Under the pieces are notes generated by a model, which did not search any database, had not been told where the DNA came from, and was given only the letters and a program-made list of their open reading frames with translations. Shown in pieces: positions 1 through 9,042 of a stretch of 64,000 nt of DNA. The DNA comes from Felis catus. Taxonomy: Eukaryota. Numbering within the stretch: position 1 is the first letter of the stretch; every line of letters begins with the position of its first letter. The stretch covers positions 123,258,001-123,322,000 of the forward strand of contig NC_058368.1 of NCBI RefSeq assembly GCF_018350175.1, written 5' to 3'. A program made the translations under genes and the position numbers.

Positions 1-656
1 TTGTCCTTTCGGAATTATCTCTGTCTTAACTCCACAGTAAATTTATCTTCTGGACAGCTGATGTTGATGACCACATCTAAGCACTTGGAAATCATTAGGC
101 CTATATTATTGGGAAAAAAAAAAAAGGTTTGTTATCAGACATATATAGATAGGGGCACCAGAGACTGTGTTAAGCAGAATATCGTATTTGTAATCTTAAG
201 AAGCATGACACTCTATGCTAAAATCTGGATTTTCATTATAAACAATCATTGTTGCTATTGACATAGCATATATGAATAAAAAAATACAGAATAGAAGCAT
301 AAGTCTAGGATTCTGGAGGACTGGCTCTTACAACTATTAACTCTATGACTAAATAGAAAGCACTTAATCTTTCTGTATTTGTTGTCCCATCTGCTAAGTA
401 GCAATAATACTGCATATTTCACAAGTTTGTTACAATCACTTAACAAGCCTTCATAGAATATCGAAATTGTCTTCCTACTCTAGAAAAGCAAGGTATTACA
501 GCGCTAAGTATTCATGTACCACTGTACAACAAGAAATGTCCTCATTGCTTCTGTTTTCTGTTTCAACTTTCCTACATTTGATATCACCTTAAAACCCTTT
601 ACGCATACCATCTTAATCTTTTTTTCTCTTTACTACACCTGTGATTTTTATGTGTT

Positions 657-879
657 TTTTTTTTTAATTTTTTTTTCAACGTTTATTTATTTTTGGGACA
701 GAGAGAGACAGAACATGAACGGAGGAGGGGCAGAGAGAGAGGGAGACACAGAATCGGAAACAGGCTCCAGGCTCTGAGCCATCAGCCCAGAGCCCGACGC
801 GGGGCTTGAACTCACAGACCGTGAGATCGTGACCTGGCTGAAGTCGGACGCTTAACCGACTGCGCCACCCAGGCGCCCC
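657..879 (-). mobile_element. Young feline SINEC (Can-SINE)
   Basis: Full-length reverse-complement SINE, CpG-rich, with target-site duplication (TSD) TTTATGTGTT at 647-656 and 880-889. Confidence 0.93.
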
Positions 880-1111
880 TTTATGTGTTCTTAAATATAG
901 CCATGCTGTTGTATTTGCTAAGAGACCAGAGGATTATTATGCAAGAGAGCTTCTGGTAGGTGAGTTTCAGGGTATAACTATTTCCACTGGCTACAATTCA
1001 AGATAATAAGGAAGTTTGTGAAGTTAATACCCTAGCTTGGGTTAGCAACCAATCACCACTGAAAAGGTCGATTTTTAACGAAGGTGGGACCCTGCCTTAT
1101 GCATGTGTGTC

Positions 1112-1118
1112 TATATAT
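1112..1118 (+). promoter_or_regulatory. Candidate TATA-like box of the bikazin-like gene
   Basis: TATATAT about 100 nt upstream of ATG 1213; positional evidence only. Confidence 0.35.
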
Positions 1119-1212
1119 ACGTGTATGTATGTATTTGGCAGACTGCTTTCTCTCTCTTTCTCTGGACTTCCTGTCTCAGAGCAGCATATCTCTGCCACCC
1201 TCACTCATCATC

Positions 1213-1282
1213 ATGATGAAGAGCATCATCGCTTTTGCCATCATCACTCTGGCAGCCACCACGTGGGCTGCCTCTCCTCCTG
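1213..1282 (+). CDS. Bikazin-like gene, coding exon 1 (signal peptide)
   Basis: ATGATG start, hydrophobic [23 protein letters not shown], phase-1 donor G|gtgagt at 1283. Confidence 0.9.
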
Positions 1283-3890
1283 GTGAGTTGGGACTCCTTT
1301 TAGTATCCATACCCATGTGTTAGCTGCAATTTGTTCAACCTCCAGTAATTATAGGATGTTAAAGTCAGAGGAAAATTTAGAAGTTAACTATCTGGATTGT
1401 TCTGATTAACAAAGAGGGGGTGGGGGTCAGACCTTCCAGAAGAGGAAGAGAGACTGAGAAGAAGAATAAAAAGATTGCCATGGGAATAAAAGGTACAGCA
1501 TAGGGAATATAGGCAATGGCACTCTAATAGGGTTGTAAGGTGACAGATGGTAGCTACATTTGTGGTGAGCCCAGCATAGTGTATAGACTTGTCAAATCAC
1601 TGTGTTGTACACCTGGAATTAATGTAACATTGCGTGTCAATCATACTTGACTTAAAAAAAAAAAAAAGAATAAAAGGACTATGGGCAGCCTGCTCAGTTG
1701 CTGATCAAGATGTCAGGCTTCTGAATTGCCCTTTCAGAAACAATTTACACAACTTTGAGATGGTAACCAACCCCTACCCTTGACATGCTCACAGGAATTC
1801 CTAGATACCTATGACAGCCTTTTCTCCAATGGCCAGAAATTTCCCCCATGTTTATTTATTTATTTTTTAAGTCAGAATTGCATACATTTCTGGCTTCATC
1901 CTGAACTGGCCGTAAGTAAAGAAGTGACCTCTTAGGTCTGATGGGGGCAAGGGATGTTAGAAATGGGTTTTAGTTACTGTAGACAGTGAATTCAACCTTG
2001 CATTTCTAACTATGGAATTTGCTCTTTCTCCACTTCCTTCTGTTCAAATGCGTCCCATGCCACACTCTTCTGGGGATCATAGAGGTGAGTATAGCCCCTT
2101 TCTGTGGGGCCTTTGTAAAAATAAAATCAGAGCTAATTCGTAAATGGAGCTGTGAAAGTAGCTAACCTGGATCACTGTGGATGGAACTAATTCCTAGGGA
2201 GGTAAAACCAGTCCTAACTCCACTTCTTCTGGTGGTGTTTCTTTCTTTCTTTTTTTTTTTTTTTAACATTTATTTATTTTTGAGACAGAGAGAGACAGAG
2301 CATGAACAGGGGAGGGGCAGAGAGAGAGGGATATACAGAATCTGAAACAGGCTCCAGGCTCTGAGCTGTCAGCACAGAGCCCAACGTGGGGCTCGAACTC
2401 ACGGACGGTGAGATCATGACCTGAGCCGAAGTCGGACGCTTAACCGACCAAGCCACCCAGGCGCCCTGGTGTTTTTTTCTTTAAAGGCTGCAAAAGGAAT
2501 CTCTTTGCAAATGAGGAACAGCAGATTAAGGAAACTTTTACCTTAGGTAGCTTTAAAAAAATTTTTTTTTAATATTTATTTATTTTTTTGAGAGAGAGAG
2601 AGAGAGAGACAGCATGAGTGAGGGAGGGGCAGAGAGAGGGAGACACAGAACCTGAAGGAGGCTTCAGGCTCTGAGCTGTCAGCAGAGCTGTCTCTCTCTA
2701 AAAGGAGAGATTAACATTTCCTTCTTAACCTGTTAATTATCATTTTATTTACAGATTATTTCAGGTCTGGCCTAGTTGTGTAGCACAGCGCCTGGACCAT
2801 ACAAGGTCTTCTAGACATATTTGCTAAAAAGTTGAACAGGCTATGGTACTCTTTTCACTCTCTTCTCTTTCTTCCCAGCTTGATAGAAGAATGGTTATAG
2901 AATTGAAGGAAAACAACGTAGGCCATTATTTTTTATTCTAATTATAGGTGAACTGCTCACAATACAACAGAAAAGGCTCTGGGATTACATGCTCAAAGGA
3001 GTGGAAACCAATATGTGGCATAGATCATAAAACTTACAGTAATGAATGCATGTTTTGCCAACTGAACCAGTAAGTATAATACCCAGTTTGGAGCCCCTCT
3101 TTTTTTAAAGATTACAAAGTCCACATTGGCTAAAATCTACTTGGTTTCTAACAACATGGTTTAATAAATCCTACCTTTTGTCACACTCCTCCAATACCCT
3201 TTGGTCATTGCTTTGTTAAAATAAAAATAAATAAGTAAGTAAATAAATTAATAAATAAATAAATATCTCTAAGGATATATATATTTCTTTGCTATCCAGC
3301 CAAATTCTCATTCACATTATACACTATCCTTCAGGCATTAGCTGTTACATAGAGACATTTTTATTTTCACATTACATTTGAGGAAACTGAGTCTCAGGCA
3401 GAAAATGTATCTTGGTTGAAGTTCCATAATCTTCTGTTTATATCTTTCTTATTGTATAATGAGAGCTCAGAAGACAACTCTCTCTATTTAGGCTGTTTGC
3501 CATGGGTACTATTATAAGAATTTGATCTATCTTTTATAACCCAGAGAAAATCCATGTTCCTTCTTAGAATTATCTGGAAAAGTCTAAGGAAGAGATTAAA
3601 AATACAAATGGATAGTTGGAATCCCCACCAGCAGACCCACAAATTACACAAGAAGTCCTCACTATGAACAACATCTCAGCCTCTAGGCAAATGAAAGAAA
3701 CATTATTACTAGCCATTCCATAAATTTGAATTCACCACTTTATGACTACTGGTTAAATCATGGGCTTTGGTGTCACACATCTGGATTAGAATCCAGATTG
3801 CACTTAGTAAATATGTGACATCAGACAAATACCCAACCCACTACATACTTCACTATCCTCATTTGTAAGATATAAATTATTTTTTAAAGC

Positions 3891-3934
<44 letters not shown>

Positions 3935-6475
3935 AGCATCAGTGGGGGAGGGGCATTGGGAGAGGGAGAGAGAGAATCCCAAGAAGGCTTTGCCCTGTCA
4001 GAGCAGAGCCCAATCCAGGGCTCCATCCCACAAACCATGAGTTCATGACCTGAGCCAAAATCAAGAGTCAGACACTTAACCGACTGAGCCACCCAAGAGT
4101 CCCTGTAAGATAGAAATTATAATGGTGTTTAGGGTTCACTGTGATAAAACATATCAAACCTTAGTTCTGCAGCTAATACAGAAATGAGCTCTTCTTCCTT
4201 CTTATCATCTTCCCCTTCTTTTCTAACCCTTCTTAAAATTTATAGTCAAGTATAATAACAAGTGTTATTCAGAATAAAGTCTCTCAGGATACGCAAACTC
4301 ATGTGCTGAAAAAAAAAAACACAAGAGATTAAAGACTGATGAGATCTTATTGATTATAGCATCACCTAACCTCTTTTTAGGAAACAGGAATCTAATACAA
4401 AGAGGAAGTGACTATAACAAAATTACACAGACTGTGAGTGCCAGAGATGGATTTGAACATATTTTCTTTTTCTTAACTGCAAAAAAAAAAATGTTTTCAC
4501 ACTATATTACACCTTTGATTTTCATGTGGATATTCATTTTTTAAATGCCCAATCTCCTCTTAGTGCTGATTGTATTTTCTCATACTTTTATTTGTTTACA
4601 AAATGATCACCCATCAAAGATGTTAACGGTCAGTATTAGCCGACTAGAGTAGAATTTAACCAGAACTCGTCATTCTTAGTACAGGTTAGACAACATAGAA
4701 TAACATATGTCTGTATTTTACTCTATAGATTGTGAAATATCAAGTAATGCATTACCCATTCAATAAAATCTTTTCTTTCAGAAATAAACGATTTCAACTC
4801 AGAAAACTTCATGATAATAAATGTGTAAGTATACACAGAAATTTCATTTATGCTCAGTATAAAATGTTATAATTCTCACTTTATGAAAATTTTAAAATAG
4901 GTATTCTAGAAACTGTCTATGACTATGTATAGACCAAAAAACTCAAGAACACGTGTAAAGACAATTCAGGGCTAAAGAGCTATGTGAGTGGGTTAAAATA
5001 TTAAAATAATTTTAATAGAGTTTGAAACATGACAAGAGAATTATACACATGGGATTGAGGTAGTAAATATTTTAAGGAGGGGCATCTACACCAATTTGAT
5101 GGGTGAGGGAGAGAAATATCATCATGAAACTGTTAAAAAAGTAGTTAAACTGACTTTTAAGGACTAAGAGTCTTAGGAGTCAGTCTGATGGAGAAAGGGG
5201 TAAGGTGATGCAAGATAGGAAAAACACCTTAAGCAAGGGCACAGGGATGTATAGGAGCAGGAAACACTCCGGGAATTCAGTTGTTACGTTTAGCTAGAGT
5301 AAGAGGCAGAGGATAAGAGAGATAAGCCAGGCTCATGAGGGGACTTTCTGTTGACGGGGAATCGGTTAAGTAATCAAAAAACAAAAACTGATTTTGTTTT
5401 TTGAAAGATCACTCTGGCGTCAGTGTGGAGGGTGATTGAAATCTCAGATGAAGGTAGGTTTAGGGCAACAAACTGGCAGGCAACTGTGACTATGCAGGCA
5501 AGACCATGAGGACGTGGATAAAATGGATGACAGCATGGTAAGGAGAAGACTGGTTCAAAAACTAAGTACAAGATAGAAGATGTATTCTATTCATCAGTTC
5601 CCTGAGGAGAATGAGGGAGAGGGAAGCCGTAATCTCAGGCTAAGCCATCTCTTTCTGTGATGAGAGTGCCACCATTTTGGGTCAGATTTTGTAAACTGAA
5701 GAGGGTTTGTCTTTTTACGAGTGAGATTTGGAACTAAATGACCTCTCAAGACCTTTAAAAAGCTCATTTTCTGTGATTTAACAATTCAAAATTGTTCTTT
5801 CTTTTTTTTTTTTTTCTTTTTTTGGACTGGAGCAAATTGAGTGCACCAATTATTCTGCCATCTGTACTATGGAATATTTCCCTCTCTGCGGATCTGATGG
5901 ACAAGAATATTCTAACAAATGCTTATTTTGCAATGAAGTTGTGTAAGTGCTGAATTTAACATATTATTTGCAGTAATGGCCTCTCCTGCAGAGCTTGAAA
6001 CCATCTTAGCTACTTGATAAGCTTGCTGCTCCTATGAAGTGTATGAGTGTCTACACTGCTATGAAGTGTATCAGTATAGCTTGCTGATAATTATAATATT
6101 TTACAAAAAGAAGCAAAAATAAAGAGAAAGAGGCAAGAGAAAGAACGATAGTGGATAGTAGGAAGAAAATGAAGCTCGAAAAGGAGACTTTATCAACATC
6201 ATAGTATTACTGAATGGCAAATAGCAAGAGATATTTAAAGACTTTTTTGGCTCCTAACACTGGCTTTCACTAGCACACTGAATTCCTTTTTCCCCCTTGC
6301 TGGATCTCAGTTACTAATTGCTCACCTTTCATGCTCTGTGCTCATTTGGCTGGCTTGATTTTAGAATATAAAAGTTTCAATTTAAGATCTCCAAAGCCTT
6401 CCCTTAAAAAAAAATGATTTCTCTTGTAGGAAGAGACGTGGTACACTTTTTTTGGCAAAGTATGGACAGTGCTGA
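1213..6475 (+). CDS. Double-headed (two-domain) Kazal protease inhibitor, submandibular-gland type (bikazin/IPSG-like). Join 1213-1282, 2083-2084, 2948-3069, 4782-4824, 5833-5942, 6430-6475; about 130 aa.
   Basis: Manual splicing gives [130 protein letters not shown]. This is a signal peptide plus two complete 6-Cys Kazal domains (spacing 11-7-10-2-17 and 6-7-10-2-17). All introns are GT-AG with consistent phases, and AATAAA follows at 6580. It resembles carnivore bikazin protein sequences as I recall them. Confidence 0.92.
1410..1670 (+). mobile_element. L1 3' end fragment with A tail
   Basis: L1 3'UTR-like text (gtacagcatagggaatata...tgtgttgtacacctg) ending in poly-A. Confidence 0.7.
2083..2084 (+). 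CDS. Candidate 2-nt micro-exon (AG) of the bikazin-like gene
   Basis: catag|AG|gtgagt. No AG dinucleotide from 1987 to 2080, branch-like TTCTAAC at 2004-2010 and a pyrimidine tract at 2018-2046. It supplies the phase 1 to 0 switch needed between exons 1 and 3. Confidence 0.6.
2241..2466 (-). mobile_element. SINEC
   Basis: Full reverse-complement SINE with TSD TGGTGTTT. Confidence 0.92.
2560..2690 (-). mobile_element. 5'-truncated SINEC
   Basis: T tail, (GA)n and partial body. Confidence 0.8.
2948..3069 (+). CDS. Bikazin-like gene, Kazal domain 1 N-part (Cys1-5), P1 Lys
   Basis: attatag|GTG AAC TGC...CTG AAC CA|gtaagt, encoding [40 protein letters not shown]. Confidence 0.93.
3880..4103 (-). 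mobile_element. SINEC
   Basis: (TTTA)n tail plus body; TSD tgtaagata(t/g)aaatta. Confidence 0.88.
4782..4824 (+). CDS. Bikazin-like gene, Kazal domain 1 C-part (Cys6)
   Basis: ttttctttcag|A AAT AAA CGA...AAA TGT|gtaagt, encoding [14 protein letters not shown]; phase 2 to 0. Confidence 0.9.
5833..5942 (+). CDS. Bikazin-like gene, Kazal domain 2 N-part, P1 Met
   Basis: Long T tract, then gag|CAA ATT GAG TGC...GAA GTT GT|gtaagt, encoding [36 protein letters not shown]. Confidence 0.92.
6430..6475 (+). CDS. Bikazin-like gene, last coding exon
   Basis: ctcttgtag|G AAG AGA CGT...CAG TGC TGA, encoding [14 protein letters not shown]. Confidence 0.92.
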
Positions 6476-6579
6476 GTCTCCCTGATGCTCAAGGGCACCA
6501 AGTTCCCTTTGGCAGATTCCACATAGAGAACCAATCACTCTCAGATGGCTGTGGGGCAAATATATGGATTTGATTCTTC

Positions 6580-6585
6580 AATAAA
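6580..6585 (+). terminator. Polyadenylation signal of the bikazin-like gene
   Basis: AATAAA about 105 nt after the stop codon. Confidence 0.7.
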
Positions 6586-7564
6586 AGATTTTTAGCAGAA
6601 AGCTTTCAGGCATGTCTTTGGATGCAACTGTAGTCTCTTAAGGAAAATGTCTGTGGTCATTTCTCTCAATAAGTGACAAGGAAAGATTTCTTCTATTTCT
6701 ACTCAAGTTGGGAGCTGGAGAGATTATATACACACTAATGGGAGAGAAATCTGTTCATAGCATCCCATTTTACAAAAACTCACAATTTTTAAGTAAACAT
6801 GGGTCAAGGGGCAGATCTGACCATTAGTCTTAACACTAGCACCTTTAGCAACACTAATGAAAAGTGGAAAGTTCAGCTTTGGAGGAAGATAGAGTAAGAA
6901 TCCATAATACTATCAACTAATCAGACCAGGAATAACATTAGATGTTAGATACCATTATTTAAAGAGGATTCAGTCACAGGTGGGAATCCACAAAGGAAGG
7001 CATTTTGTTGGTCATGTTGGGAAGAGACTAAAAATAATAGAATTTGATTAAACTGTTGTTGAAGTCTTTAAAAGGCCCAAGGAAAGTTCAAGGTAACTAG
7101 GAAAGATGAGGACATATGCAGGACTATCACAAGAGAGATCAGAACGTTCTCATTTCTGGGGCTCCTTAGAAAGGAGTCATGTCATTAACATAATATGCAA
7201 AGACAGATATTTTGCTTACATAAAGAGAAGAATTTTCTAACAGTACATCTGCAAATAGGAACAAAGTTATGCCCTATAAGTTCATCAGTCCAATACAATT
7301 TGCTTTTGTAGTAAAGTCTGGTTAAATGCTTGCCAGCTATTTTGTGGAGATTTGTGTGTGTTTTTTAACAACACATATAGAAAGATCACTATGGGTCAAG
7401 CAGTGTGTTGTGTAGGGAGAGGCAATACAAATGGGCAAAGATTTCATGTCAGTAAGGAGTTTGTAGACTAGTCAGAGACAATCTTTTGAAGAGTTGATTA
7501 CTATGCAATGAAAAAAGACTATAATCAAGAATCATTAAAGGTTCAGTAAAAACTGAAAGGAAGA

Positions 7565-7687
7565 CCTGACCCTTATGACCTCATTTAACATTAATTACCT
7601 CCTAAAACCCTATCTCCAAATACAGTCACACTGATGGTTAATGTTTTCACATTTGAATTTGGAGGGGACACAATTTCATCCATAGCA
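7565..7687 (-). mobile_element. MaLR (MLT1-like) LTR fragment
   Basis: Ends ggggacacaatttcatccatagca, the reverse complement of an MLT1 5' end. Confidence 0.65.
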
Positions 7688-8016
7688 GCTAGGTTGCCAG
7701 AACTTTATTTTCATTTTTCATATGTGAAAATAAAATGCATGACAGCATAAACACAGAGAGAAGAAATGAAAGTATTCTATTATAAGATTCTGTGTTGAGT
7801 TAAATGATATAATACCACTTAAAGGTACACTGTGAAAAGTTAAGAATGTATATTATAAATCCTAAAGCAACACTAAATATGCCAACAATGAAGATAAAAT
7901 GGAATAATGAAAAAAAATACTATATTTGTGCAAGAGAGACAAAGAAAAGAGGTAAAGAGGAAAAACAGATTGGACTAATAGAAAGCAAGTAGCAGGATGG
8001 CAGACTCAAGGTAATT

Positions 8017-8051
8017 GTGTTAGTTAGGGATTCTTCAGAAAAACAAAACCA

Positions 8052-8096
<45 letters not shown>

Positions 8097-9042
8097 AGAG
8101 AGAGAGACAGACAGACAGGGAGACAGAGACAGAGAAAGAGACAGAGACAAGAGAGAAAGAAAAAGATTTATTTTAAGTAATTGGTCCATGTGATTATAGA
8201 AAGTGTGAAATTTGCACAGTAGGTCAGCAGACTGGTGACCCAGGGGAAGTATTGATGTTGCAGCTCAATTCTAAAGGAAGTCGAGAGGCAGAATGCTCCT
8301 TCCCTAAGAGATCTCAGGCTTTTTCTTTTAAGGCCTTCAAGTGATCACAGGAGGCCCACCCACATTACAGAAAATACTATGCTTCACTCAGAGTCTACAG
8401 GTTTAGACACCTCACCAAAGAGGAAATCCCAAAGGTTAAAATATCTCTCTCTGGGGAGGCATATATAGGTAGTAAAACTATTAAAAATGCAAGTGAGTGA
8501 TTAACACAGAAGTCAGAATAGAGTCTGTGAGAGGGGGCTGTAGTTAGGCAGTGCCTCAGTCTGTTTGGGCTCCTATAGCAAAAATACCATAAACTGGGAG
8601 GCTTAAACAGCAAACGTTTATTTCTCACAGTTCTGGAGTCTGGCAAGTCTAAGACCAAGGTGCAAGGGAGCTCTCTGGGCTCTGCCTTCATGACCTAATC
8701 ACCTCCTAAAAGTCCTACCTCTTAATACCATCACATTGGGGATTAGGCTTCAACATATAAATTTACTGGGGACACAAATATTCGGTGTATAGCTGGCAAT
8801 AACATGTGGGAGGCTTTTAGGATGATGGCCGTTCTAGCTCGTCACTAGAATGATGGGTACATAGATGCTGACCTTATAATAATAAATAATTTAACTACAG
8901 ACAACAATAATAACAATGAGATCTGATTTAAATATTGATCATAGCAGAAAAAATGCCTTCACAGTGATATCTCAACTGGTGTCTGACCAAATATCTGGGC
9001 ACTGTGGCCTAGCCAAGTTGACATATAAAATTAACTGTTATA
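8017..9042 (-). mobile_element. MLT2-like LTR with internal insertions and a (GT)n/(GA)n tract
   Basis: Ends ggcctagccaagttgacatataaaattaac (reverse complement of the MLT2 5' end); (GT)~20 at 8056-8095. Confidence 0.7.
8551..8792 (-). mobile_element. MLT1A-like LTR nested in the MLT2 region
   Basis: ggcttaaacagcaaacgtttatttctcacagttctggag...ggggacacaaatattc. Confidence 0.75.

Noticed and set aside
1084..1323. 79-aa ORF as a standalone gene
   Set aside because: Only 1213-1282 is exonic; the rest is upstream sequence and intron read-through.
1872..1917. Alternative exon 2 ending at cc|gtaagt (1912)
   Set aside because: Neither nearby acceptor gives phase 1 to 0, and the 1876 start contains an in-frame TGA.
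1987..2084. 98-nt exon 2 using the CAG at 1984-1986
   Set aside because: The phase is right, but there is an in-frame TAA within 8 codons and no pyrimidine tract.
2850..2947. Strong-looking acceptor cttcccag at 2878
   Set aside because: It gives GCT TGA from exon 1, and in phase 0 it hits TAA before the Kazal exon.
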